Positions 38,499 to 49,521 of a stretch of DNA of 64,000 nucleotides are shown in pieces. Position numbers and translations under genes: made by a program. Below the pieces are notes generated by a model, which made no database searches, had not been told where the DNA came from, and saw only the letters and a list, made by a program, of their open reading frames with translations. Within the stretch, counting starts at the first letter, position 1; each line of letters starts with the position of its first letter. This DNA is from Selaginella moellendorffii (lineage: Eukaryota > Plantae > Lycopodiophyta): positions 3,854,451 to 3,918,450 of the forward strand of contig NW_003314263.1 of assembly GCF_000143415.4 (NCBI RefSeq), given 5' to 3'.

Positions 38499-38992
38499 CG
38501 CTCGGAATGCCCGGATCCCTAGCTCTGGCGCTCGATTTCTACGCTAGATCAATGCGGCTATTACCCGATTTGCGCGGCATCCGCGAAATGCTAGCGCTGT
38601 GCCGATCGCCGCAGCTACATTTGATGTCGCGATGGAAATGGCCGCTAACGAGGATCGATCGATCCAGCGATGCCCATTGTTGTTATTCCTTTAAGTTCTT
38701 TCGCGTGTTCTTGTTTGGGCCGTGGCCACTACTGACCAAATGCGACGTGACGTACGGCAGTGGCTATTTGGTAGCGGCGAATATGACAAGGCATCCGCCC
38801 GTCATCATATTTTAAAAGCGGCCACGTAGGAGAGAGAGGCGCCAAATTTTCTAGGGTTCTTATTCTAGGGCTCTTGGAGATTTCCCAGCTCTTCGCGCGG
38901 CACGACTTCCCGGTGAGATTTGCTCTCGATCCTAAGCATTTCCGGGCTATTCCAATGATTTTCTCGCTCGGCGCAATGTAGATTGATTCGCG

Positions 38993-40261
38993 ATGCAGCA
39001 GCAGCAAATGGGAGGATTTAGGCCTCCGACGCTACCAGGTAGGCCGCCATTCTTGCCTGGAGCTCCTAGAGCTAGACCGCCTGGGCCGCCTCCAGCAGTG
39101 CCAGGAGGAGGATTTTTTCCTCCCCAACCAAGGCCTCCGCCTCCTCCGCCGCCGCCGCCACCGTTTAGATCTCCAGCTAGACCACCACCGCCGCCTCCTC
39201 CTCCTCCTCCTTCCAATTATCCTCCATGGAGTTCTCCTCCAGGGAGCTTTGGACAGTCTTTTGGACCTCCACGGCCACCGCCGCCGCCTCCGCCGCCGCC
39301 ACCACCACCATCTTTCAGCTATGCAGCTCCACCACCTACGCCTTCTTCCACGAACTTTGGAGCTCCTCCCAGGGCCAGATCTCCTCCTCCTCCTCCACCG
39401 TATCATAGTCCTCCTCGAGGACAAATGCGACGAGAGTTTGATCCTCCTCCTCCTCCTCCTCCTCGACCTCCAGCCTTTTCGGATCTAGCAGCAGCCCAGC
39501 TCATGCTCTCCGAAGTCGACTCGCTCGACTCTTTCTCCCTGGCATCACTTGTTCTTCTCAGGCAACTCATTGACCAGCTCTTGATGTTTTATCAGGCGAG
39601 CGGGCCATCGAGATCCGAGATGGAGGAAACTTGCTGGCCCGACGAGGAGAGCAGCACTTCCTGGCCCAGGTCGCCGCCGCCTCCGCCTCTCTACAACGAT
39701 GGAGCTTACTCGGATATGACCAGCGAGAGAAGTGGCAGTCCGGGATTTTACGACAGATACTATGACTACGACGACGAGGACTTTGCAATGCCACCGAGAA
39801 GGCCGCCGCCACCTTCACGACCAAGGCCGAGGTCTCGAGGAGATTACTACTATCCGGATGATGATCAGTGGGGAGGAGGGGGAAGTTACGGGCCGAGGCA
39901 GCCGCCAGCTCCAAGGTTTGTGGAACGCAGCAGGAGGCGAGGGGATGGTTACGGCGTGAACCCGAGCTTTTACAACGAAGGTGATGATTCCGATTCTATG
40001 TCAAGTCGAGATGCCTCTCCGTCTTCTCACCGGCGTCGTCGTCGACAACACAAAGATCGAAGCTTAAAGTTCAAAGTTAAAGACAGGTCCCGCTGGGTGC
40101 TGGATCCGGATGAGAGTGGCAGCATCGAGTTTAACAGTGGTGTTCGGACGCAGGTTTCTCAGAGCGATGACGATTCACGGCCGGCGAGTGTTTCTTTCTC
40201 GTACCGCCCGTTTGCTTTTCAGCGATTTTCCAGTCCTCGTCCACGGGAAGATTCAGCTTAA
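38993..40261 (+). CDS. Proline-rich, largely low-complexity protein, 422 aa
   Basis: Intact ATG-initiated single ORF with poly-Pro tracts, a short helical LLxxLL-rich island, and an R/D/S/Y-rich C-terminus. No signal peptide, so not an extensin. Confidence 0.65.
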   Translation: MQQQQMGGFRPPTLPGRPPFLPGAPRARPPGPPPAVPGGGFFPPQPRPPPPPPPPPPFRSPARPPPPPPPPPPSNYPPWSSPPGSFGQSFGPPRPPPPPPPPPPPPSFSYAAPPPTPSSTNFGAPPRARSPPPPPPYHSPPRGQMRREFDPPPPPPPRPPAFSDLAAAQLMLSEVDSLDSFSLASLVLLRQLIDQLLMFYQASGPSRSEMEETCWPDEESSTSWPRSPPPPPLYNDGAYSDMTSERSGSPGFYDRYYDYDDEDFAMPPRRPPPPSRPRPRSRGDYYYPDDDQWGGGGSYGPRQPPAPRFVERSRRRGDGYGVNPSFYNEGDDSDSMSSRDASPSSHRRRRRQHKDRSLKFKVKDRSRWVLDPDESGSIEFNSGVRTQVSQSDDDSRPASVSFSYRPFAFQRFSSPRPREDSA

Positions 40262-40347
40262 GCTTATAAAGCGCGGGGTATGTTTTATGATGTGTTTTAT
40301 TCTTTCTTCTCACTTCATAACATTGCTTCATGAACTTTCAGATATCG

Positions 40348-42013
40348 TTAAGCAGCAAAGTCATTTTGGCATAGCAACAGTTCATCGAGAGCGGCCCTCG
40401 CCGTCTCAAACTCATAGCCCAGCAGTTTGGACCGGAATGTTTTAGCTGCCGGGGAGAGATCTTCCACAACATTCATCAGCTTGCCGACGTGATAAAGATC
40501 CGAGCGCTCAGTGTATTTGCCGTCCACTAGCGTGTGCTTGTCCCAAGCTAGCAGCTCTAGCAACTCACACTCGGGCTTCTCACCAGCCTCCCACACCGTC
40601 TCCAAGTCGATCAAAACGCAGCCACCAGTGCGAGCGTCTCTCATCACGTTCCTCCACTTCACATCCCGATGGACAAGCCCCGCTTCATGCAACTTCTCCA
40701 GGCCGCGAAGAATCCAGTGAACAGCATCGAGAAGTTCCACTTCGGTAGAAGTTCGCGGCTGATCCTGCAGTTCCTTCATGGTGACTCTGTACTTGTCCCC
40801 CTCGAACGCCAACACGCCAGAGATTAGACCTTCGGCCCGGAGTCCGTGCGCTCTCTTGACAAACTCCAGCGTCGTGAAGCCATCAGCGACATGCTCCGAC
40901 CAGGGATCTATCTCTTTAATCACCACAGCGTTCCCGAAGCGGAGCGTTCTCTTGATCTGGTCCTCGGATCCATAGAACGTAGGCCAAAGCTTCATGAGCC
41001 GCGAACGGTCCGGAGGGAAGAAGACGTTCTCAAGCGAGACCGCAACCCGGAGGAGATTTACAGAGACGCGCAAGCACGTCAACTTGTCCTCGATCTTTGC
41101 AAGTTCCAGAGGCCCGACAAGAACTTCTGCTGGGCCCACGCCTCCATCCGCTGGCCTGCCAGTCCCACGCCGATCATCCACGGCACCAGGCCATAGAACT
41201 GCCGGTCCAGCTTGACGAGCTTCTCTTCCAACTTGGAGCACGCTTGCTGCAACTTCGGTTCCTTCTCTTCGAACATGGCACACAGGCGGTTTTGCATCCA
41301 CAGCATCATATCCCGGCCACTGCTACTGTCCGACCGGACGCGATTGAACTCGACGATCGTTATCCAGCAAGCTCGAGTAGCCTTGTCCACAGGTGGGAGA
41401 ATGCCAGATTCCAGCAAGGCTCGTGGAGGCTGTACGCGTCCAGCTTGTCGTTTGATCCGATGAAAGCTGTCGTGAGAGACGAGATGCTCTCCGCTGGGTA
41501 CGAGCCGTGAGGAACAAAGTTGGCGGCCATGGCACCGGCGTGCTGCGCGTACGTTACAGAGCCAACAGGCAGCGGCAGTGGCAGCGGATGCCAGAGAGCT
41601 CTCCGCAAGCCGGCCACGTCCAAAACGGAGAACTGGAACGGCAGCAACACAGCCGCGGCCCACTCCTTGCTCCTGTCAAGCGCTGAAAAAGAAGTCACAC
41701 AAGCAAGATCATAGCGATCAGCGCTGAAGAAGAAGTCACAAGCACACAAGCGAGATCACAGCGCTAAAAAAGAACACACGAGCAAAATCATAGCGATCAT
41801 CATCGTACCAGCAGATCCAGTGAAGTAGAAGCAGTCTGTGTCGCCCGCCAGGCGCTCGGTCAGCTTCTCGGGCTCCAAATGCGTCCATTCTTTGCATTGT
41901 TGCCGACGTCCTGGTCGTTGGATCTGAGCATCTTCGGCGAGAGACGTGCCTGCGGCTACAGGCATGCACCTGGACGAAGGATGCTGCTTCAACGCCGTGT
42001 CAGTCGGAAACAT
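40348..42013 (-). pseudogene. Crinkler-type REase + protein kinase gene with at least 2 frameshifts
   Basis: Kinase motifs LHEAGLVHRDVKWRNVM, VLIDLE and SDLYHVGKLM. Upstream, in a different frame, a PD-(D/E)xK-like segment EFNR...SSGRDMMLW...MFEEK...FYGLVPW. Frame switches at ~41370 and ~41140. The 5' end is uncertain. Confidence 0.7.
41680..41806. repeat. Short imperfect tandem repeat, 3 x ~40 bp
   Basis: AGCGCT(G/A)AA(A/G)AAGAA...CAC...AGC...ATCA repeated three times. Confidence 0.7.
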
Positions 42014-42099
42014 GGATTCGGCTTCGTCGAGTACGCAGTAGAAGAGATAGCACAGACTCTCTTTCGCGCTTCATCACAGCTAACCTTAAAACCCTAAGC

Positions 42100-43520
42100 C
42101 CTAATACATCAATAAGAGCATTAAAGTTTAGTGCAAAACTAAGGAGGATTTATTAAATTTTGTCTTAACTTAAAAATTACATAAATATTTTTGTTGAAAA
42201 GGCAAAATGGGAAATAATGATCTTGAAATAGTATAGCTATATAGTCCTTTTCATGAAAGAGATAAAGGTTATAGTAATACATAGAATTACAAACAGTAAA
42301 TTAAAATGTTATATAATAAAATTTGTTATTAATTTTTATTAACTTATGATTTTATATTAATTGTTAAAGAAAAAAATTTGCATAAATAACATAATTATTA
42401 ATATTATATAGTAATGAATATTGTGCTATATATAATACTAACTACGAAGAGAAATAAATTTTATTGAAAGACTTTTATGAATCTTTAATTCTTCTAAGTT
42501 GGCTAGTGCACCAAATAAGTGTAAATGCTACTTGATTTTAATATATAATATTACTTGTTTAATTCCAAACAACACTAATGATGCAAACAGATGTTATTGA
42601 AAGTGTGATTTTTCCTTCATAACTAAAACTTCATATTATTTAATATTTATTGCATTTAACTTGTGAATAAATTATTTAAATAAATTTTAATAGTATTGTT
42701 AAAATTAATAAATTAAATACATTTTAAAATAATATTAGTCTCATTAAATTTATCAAATTATGAAATAATTTTAATAGCTATTTTATAAAATTAATAAACT
42801 AAATACATTTTAAAATAACATTAGCCCCATTAAATTTATCAAGATGTGTTATACTACTATCATCTTAGGTCACATATAGAATATAATTTTAGTAATATTA
42901 TTGATATTAATATATTTATCAAAATTTTAATAGAAGTGATGTTTAATGAGTTTCCAAATTGAGTGTAACTTATGTAAAATTTTGTTAGTATAAGATAAAA
43001 TTTCTAAACTATGAAAATTATTAATTTTTCAATACATATTTTTTAAGAAATCTTAGGTAATATAAGATTTATTAAATATTATTTATATATATATATATAT
43101 ATAAACCTTAATTATCTTATTTTACATTTAGCTAATTGTGTGTTACTATCATACTCAATCACAAATGTTTTGACCATTCTATCAATATCCAATCTAAGCT
43201 GGTCACAACCAAGTATTAAAGGACAAATATTGCATCTTGACTCCCTTATCATCAAACAACAGCAGTAACTTAGTAGCTACCAAAATATTGGACTTTACAT
43301 GGAAGACACTGACTATCATAGCTTCACACTAAACACTTTTAAATGCGAGTGGCTTTGCTCGCGCTAACAGTTTCAGGCACTGGGATTTCCTCTAAATAGG
43401 GGAGCTCGACTCAGAATCCGGGAGAAGAATTGCTCCTAGTTAACTGCTAAAAGTTAACATTATTGTCAAGGCCAGTCTAAAATAATAATTTGTAGATAGT
43501 TTAAATCACTAATGAGCAAA
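42100..43520. repeat. AT-rich island with an internal ~80-bp tandem duplication and a (TA)n microsatellite
   Basis: ATTTTAATAG...AAAATTAATAAA.TAAATACATTTTAAAATAA.ATTAG...CATTAAATTTATCAA at ~42684-42757 and ~42768-42842; (TA)n at ~43085-43103. Confidence 0.6.
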
Positions 43521-43626
43521 ATCTAGAAGAACGATTCATCTTCGTAGAAGCCTTAAAACTAAAAAGCATAAGCTTGGAAAGGAGCAAACATTGCTTGAAG
43601 TGATCTACCAAAACGCCTCCTTCTTG

Positions 43627-44124
43627 CTATGCGTGAAGCCTGCAGAGCTTGCAAACTCCACAACATCCAAGAGGGAACTTAAACACATCCCGGATGTTCG
43701 TGGGCAGATCTGGCACATCCTTGAAGATGGTATCTGTGGGAACAACAAAGCACCCATGCTCTTCCAGCCGAGGATACCCTCGGAGCTCTCCGCCATATCC
43801 AACACACGCCTGGAACCACATAGCTGACGCTCAAGCCAATCGTCTCCAGCTTCCCCTGACGTTTTCCTTTAGCTTGTCCTAAGACTCATTGTAGAACGCC
43901 ACCTCCACAACGACGATGGGAATCTCCATGGATCTGCCCTTCCTCGTGTAGAGGACATTGTCCACCATCTTTTTCATGCCATTGGGGAGACTCAAGAGCC
44001 TGTTTGTCCAGTGGCAAACGGTCTTGATCGATGCGTGCACGCCGGTGTTGTCACCGCAGATGCTTACCACGCCTCCGCGAGGGTCATACTGTAACCCGTA
44101 GCGCCTCGTATTGTCACCATCCAC
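43627..44124 (-). pseudogene. Uma2-like (PD-(D/E)xK) restriction-endonuclease-fold remnant
   Basis: KKMVDNVLY...PIVVVEVAFYNES* resembles the Uma2-type KxPD...PxVVxEVA..NES pattern. The same frame continues past two stops into ORF 43627-43821. Confidence 0.45.
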
Positions 44125-47100
44125 TAACTTATCGTAACCACTCTAGATGCACAGTGAAAGGGGCCTTTCTTGTACAGATCCATGTAATCCCTGTCCTTAG
44201 AGTAGATTCTGTTATGTGCAACATTACAAGCTCTCACTCTAGCTTGTTCATGGTGGTAGAACCCTAACTTAAGAATTGTAAAGATGTCTATAGCATAATA
44301 TCCTCATTTTCACAATGCAATTCTCATGGAAACATGGCCGCATGATTTCTTGGCCAGCGCCAGCAGCAAGCAGCAGTGCGTGTGCCTCAATTTTCCGTTA
44401 CGATCAATCAATCAATCACACGCTCATCTCAACGCCGCCAAGAACACGCTTGAAAGTCGTGAAAAAGGGTCACTCTGTTTGAATCTATCCTCAGCAGCAG
44501 CAGCAGTAGTAGCAGTAGCAGCAGCAGCCGCGTGACTGACAACGAAAGAAATTATATAAAAAAAAAAAAAACTCTTTTTCTCACAAAGCAAACTTTAGCT
44601 TCGATCATCAGCGTAAGCTATTGCTCAAAACTTTAAAAAACTCGCGAGCGTGGCCCCGGATTTTTTTTTTCTTTCTTTTTCGCTACAATCAACTCGTCAA
44701 TCAAAATCACCTCCGTGCGTTCATGGAATTGTGTTCTCTGCAGCGCCGCGTACGTACATTCCCTTGTTTTTCTATTCCTGCTGTTCTTGCCTGCTCGCCC
44801 CCCTTTAAAAACTTCTCTCGGCCTTTTTTTTCTCCTCCTCCTCCAATCCATCCATCCATCCCAGACCAGAAAACTCAAACACTGCCAGCAGCTCCACCAG
44901 TGGCCACAGTGCCTTGCTCCAGAGTTTTCAGTGCCAGTGCCGCGGAATCCAGGGACACATCGCATTTACGCCGAGATTTTTCAGTTATTGCTGGCAAATC
45001 TTTCCGAGAAGACGATCGGCAACACGACGAGCGATGCATGAAAATATCGAGCGCGCGGAGCTTGTGCTGTTTCTTCTTCGTCTTCTCGGCTTTTCCTGGG
45101 AAGCAAACAAACATCAAAAGGCACGCTTTAGTAAAAACCTTCCACGAGACACGAGAGAGATCATAAGAATAAGAAATCAGAAAAGCTCACCAGGAGTGTG
45201 GTGAAGAAGAAGAAAAAAAAACAAAAATTCTTTTTTCGCTGCTTACCATCGAATCGATCGGAGGGAGCAGCAGCAGCGTCGACGAGATTCGAGAGATTGA
45301 TTCTGTTTGAGCCGGACGAAGATCGCGATTCCACGGGCACGACGGCCACGCTGCAGTGACTTCCATGCTCCCCCTGTCGTTTCCGACGTTTTGGATGCTT
45401 GCCTGGCTCGCAAATGGCACGTAAATTCAAGCGCTCCGCCCTTACGTCTCCTTCCTTTCACGGGAGAGAGTGTGAGGCAGCTTTTGCGTTGGGACGATGA
45501 GACAAGTCCGTGATCGAGCGAGGTACTGCCACCACCAATCGTGTCCGCCGCCTGGGATATTTCCATGCTTTCCAGAAGAGAACCTGTGGAAGAAATTCAA
45601 GCGTGTCATAGCAATCCGGTTCCACTTTTAAAAAACCGCGGAAAAAAACAAGCACAGGAAAAACTTTTAAGTTGGCTATACACGTAGTACCTTTGAAAAT
45701 CCTTCTTTCTCGGCCGCTTAGGAGAACGTTGGTCGCTCTTAATCTCGTCCCTCCCATGTCATCTTGTCGCTGTGCTGGGCCGATAAAAAGCTATTCAAGC
45801 GGCAGCGTTTGAATAATGCAAAGCTAAAGGACAAGGCTGTGTACCTCGACACGCAGCAGCACTGAAGTTACAAGCCCAACAATCTGCTTGGAGCTGTTAA
45901 TTTGTCAATTCCGAGCATATCTCTTTCTTGGCACATCTCTTTCCCTGCCTGCATGCACAAACAAACACATAATCGTCTCCAAAGGCATCATCCAATCCAA
46001 GCTTTCTGAGACACGAAGAGCATCAAAAGCTTCGAATACTTACACATGAAATGCATATTTCGTTGTCTTCTGTAGTGTCAATGCCGGGGAGGCCGACGAC
46101 TCCTCCATCACAGCGGTCTGGCTGCACACTTACTATACGCAGTCATGGAACTTTTATTAGTTTTTCAACCAACATTCCTGTAGAGAAGGCGATGGCTTAC
46201 GTTTTAAACACCGGTGTGCTCTCAAGTGTGCTCTCGCTGTTGCGTACAGCATATGATAAGTGACGACGTCTATCACATACAAAGGATGAATATTTATGTC
46301 AAAACACAGCACCAACTTAGAGAAACTTACCCCTCAAAGATTAAAAAGGATCTCCGCCGCGGGACAGCAACAAAAGCTGCTGCAGCTAAATAATGTGGTG
46401 ATGGCTCGACTGCAAATCTCACAGGACAATTCGTTGGTTGGAGGAAACAGACCTGCAGCTGCAGGCATTGATCAATCAAGGGAGAAAAAGGAACAAAATG
46501 AAAACAGAGAAAGATAAAAAAAGAGAGTCTTTGGAACCTGAAAACAAAACCAAACGAAGCCAGAGAGTGAGCGAGCGATGAGATGAGAGCACGAGCACAT
46601 AAGTGTGCGTCTAGGAAACAAAAAAGCTTCTCATCTTACTTGTCCGTGGTCCTTAGCAATACTTCCTCCCTTTTTTCCTTCCTCATCTTTTCTTTCTCTG
46701 TGGCTAGAGCGAGCTTCGATTTCTCGTACAGTGGGGTCTTCCTTGGTTCACTTTGAGCGAGCAACTTCCACATGGAACGCTTGCATCATGCTGGATTGCC
46801 AAGGAACACTCACGTACGTCAGTCCACCACCATAGAAGAAGAAAAAAGAAACGAGAAGCGAGCCACAACAAGAGACAAGACCAACCAGTACTCAATAAAA
46901 AAAACAAAGAGAAAAAAGAAAGAAAGATAAAAAGAGAGAAAGACAATACATTTTCAACACTCTTTTTGGTACTTACAGCAAACCAACAAGAACAAAGAAA
47001 AAATGCTATAGGCTTCTTACTCACAGGTAAAGAAGCCATGCCATGGTCCCCTCCTAAAACATAGAGTTTCCACCTATAGATGGCACCACTCTTTCTTCCT

Positions 47101-47203
47101 CCAGCGATGCCTTTCTATCTAGAAAAAAACCCCACCACCATCAGATGTAGGAGATCCCAATTCCTGCCTGGAAAACAAATGACGAACCTTTTCTACCTTT
47201 TCC

Positions 47204-48550
47204 TCAGCTCGCTCGGGATTGCTTGCAGTAAGCGATCGCCCCTTGCACATCGTGATCATTCGCGACTGGAGCCGGGACCGCGAGGAGCACGCCACTGTGT
47301 GTCGGTGAAGCTATCGGAGTGACAGTGGTCGATCTGCTGGGCCTTTGCCTGGTCCCCTTGAAACCCCCGGATGAGAAAAACAATGAAGAAGTGGAAGATT
47401 TGTCGGACAAAGAGGGGGATCCTCCGCCGCCGCCAAGACCATCAACTGGAAGTGGAACTTCTGGCGGCCTAATATACGACCTGTGATGCTGCGACGTCCT
47501 GGAGATGAAAGGCTTCAAGTACTTTCGCCAGAATTCTTTAGCCCTCAAAAGACTTTGATACGCCGCCGCTGGTTTGTTGGTGGGCGCGTCAAACCCACCC
47601 GAGGAGATCGCTCCAGTGCTGTGGCGCGGCATAAAAAACTTGTCCCGGCTCCTGGTTTCGTGAAGACCGGCATGGGGCGAGCTCGAGAATGTGTCAAACC
47701 TTTTTCTCTCCCACGTAGAAAAGTCCCGGGCCTCGGTCATGGACTTTCCCTGCCTCTGCCCACACGACTTGCAAACGCTGCTACCACCACCACCACCACC
47801 TTGCTGATCGCAGCCAGTGGAAAAGGAGGAGGAATTCTTTCCCCCGGCCGTGACTTTGGAGCTCCTTCTCTGGCCGCCACCGCCACCGCCACCAAGCGAA
47901 AGAAGGCTCCATCTAAAACGACCACTTACACTCTCGCCGCCGCCCGTGTTGGAGTTCTTCGCTACTGCCGCTTGCCCGGACGATGACGATGACGAATCCT
48001 CCTCGCCGCCGGACGAGGAGGAGTCCTTCTCGCGAGAATTCCTGGAGCTCTCCCTGCTGCTCTCGTCACTCGGCTCCTCCAGGACCATGTTGATGTCGAC
48101 GCCGGCGCGGTGGAGGTAGCAGGAGACCGCGATTGAGGAGTGATCGCTGCTGCTCGGCGGCTTGGATTTCTCCAAATCCGCGCCTACATTCTTGGAGAGA
48201 TGGAGGCGCTCTGACATATAGAGAGGGAGGAGCTTGCCCTTGTAGAACAATTCGTCGGCCGGGGAGATGAGAGTGCTCCGCAAGGAAGAGGAAGAGGCCG
48301 GATCTTGGAGGAGATCCGGAGTCGACATGCACAGCTTGAAATCGAAATCCTTGGAATCGGAGGAGGATTTCGATGGCCGGTGGCCCGCTGACGATGCCCG
48401 GTGGTGGAAATCCTGCCCGCCGAGAGGGAGAGCCAGATCGAAATCGAACAAGGAGCTTGGATCTGCCATATCGTCGTCTTGATCGAAGGAAAAGGCGGAT
48501 GGAAATTCCGCCGCTGCCGCATTCCCCCTCCCGATCGATATTCTCGCCAT
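47204..48550 (-). CDS. MAKR: MEMBRANE-ASSOCIATED KINASE REGULATOR / BKI1-like protein, single exon
   Basis: DFDF motif, ISPADELFYKGKLLPL, SPTHSGVL, and C-terminal VQGAIAYCKQS. First ATG at 48550. Confidence 0.88.
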   Translation of the reverse strand: MARISIGRGNAAAAEFPSAFSFDQDDDMADPSSLFDFDLALPLGGQDFHHRASSAGHRPSKSSSDSKDFDFKLCMSTPDLLQDPASSSSLRSTLISPADELFYKGKLLPLYMSERLHLSKNVGADLEKSKPPSSSDHSSIAVSCYLHRAGVDINMVLEEPSDESSRESSRNSREKDSSSSGGEEDSSSSSSGQAAVAKNSNTGGGESVSGRFRWSLLSLGGGGGGGQRRSSKVTAGGKNSSSFSTGCDQQGGGGGGSSVCKSCGQRQGKSMTEARDFSTWERKRFDTFSSSPHAGLHETRSRDKFFMPRHSTGAISSGGFDAPTNKPAAAYQSLLRAKEFWRKYLKPFISRTSQHHRSYIRPPEVPLPVDGLGGGGGSPSLSDKSSTSSLFFSSGGFKGTRQRPSRSTTVTPIASPTHSGVLLAVPAPVANDHDVQGAIAYCKQSRAS

Positions 48551-48961
48551 TAATGCTCCGCAAGCTAGAATCACGCTCGATCTTTCGAGATTCCAGAAAA
48601 AAGCGATCGATCGATCGCCGAATAACCCCTGTGCTGCTCGAAAGATTCAAGAAATCTTTGATTCATCCAAGGATTTCTAGACGATCATCGGAATCATCGT
48701 GGCGCCTAGGGATACGCAAGAGGAGCATCATCAAAAAATCAAAGGCCCTGGCGATGGCGCTTTCTTCAAACTCTTCCCTCACCTCTAGGGCTTTTACTTA
48801 ACTCCGCCATTAAAAAAAGAAACCCATGGATGGAAATGGCATACATCTGAGCGCCGGGATTGAGCCACGTCAGTGCGGCCTTTTCACCCTTCATTCAAAA
48901 AGATTCGGCATATTCGCTAGGGGTTTGTGTTTTTTAGGGTTCTTGAGAGCATTGGCGCAAG

Positions 48962-49521
48962 ATGGGTATGTTCTTCGATCGCTCGTTCTCGCACTGGTTC
49001 GATCGATTTCCTTGTCTCTCGTGCAGTGAAGATCAAGGTGCACGAGCTGCGCACGAAATCGAAGCAGGATTTGCTCGTCCAGCTCAAGGATCTCAAATCC
49101 GAGCTCGCTTTGCTGCGCGTGGCCAAAGTCACTGGAGGCGCCCCTAATAAGCTCTCCAAAATGTGAGTCTTTCGAGTGTTTTGTCGCGATTCTTTCCAGC
49201 GGATTATAATTTCGGTGTTTCCAGCAAGGTTGTGAGGCTCTCGATCGCGCGAGTTCTCACAGTAATCTCCCAGACCCAGAAGGCCAAGCTGAGAGAGGCG
49301 TACAAGAACAAGAAGTACATGCCTCTGGATCTTCGTCCAAAGAAGACCCGAGCGATCAGGCGACGCTTGACAAAGCATCAGGTAAACAATTTAGAATCTA
49401 GAGGTGGTGGAAGCTCTAAAACTTTCTCGCTTGTGTTTCTTCGCAGCTTTCCCTCAAGACGGAGAAGCAAAAGAAGAAGGAGGCTTACTTCCCGATGAGA
49501 AAGTACGCTGTGAGGGCGTGA
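48962..49521 (+). CDS. RPL35: 60S ribosomal protein L35 (uL29), copy 2, 4 exons
   Basis: Same exon structure as copy 1: MV|KIKVHELR...[10 protein letters not shown] with intact splice sites. Telo-boxes upstream at ~48918 and ~48935. Confidence 0.95.

Noticed and set aside
41680-41806. CRISPR-like repeat array
   Set aside because: The units are contiguous and degenerate with no unique spacers, there are no cas genes, and the context is eukaryotic.
45399-45420. miR160-like sequence TGCCTGGCTC
   Set aside because: Only the first 10 nt match, and no complementary star arm is seen nearby.
45570-45600. miR396-like TTCCACAGG on the minus strand
   Set aside because: Partial match only; better explained as a splice acceptor.
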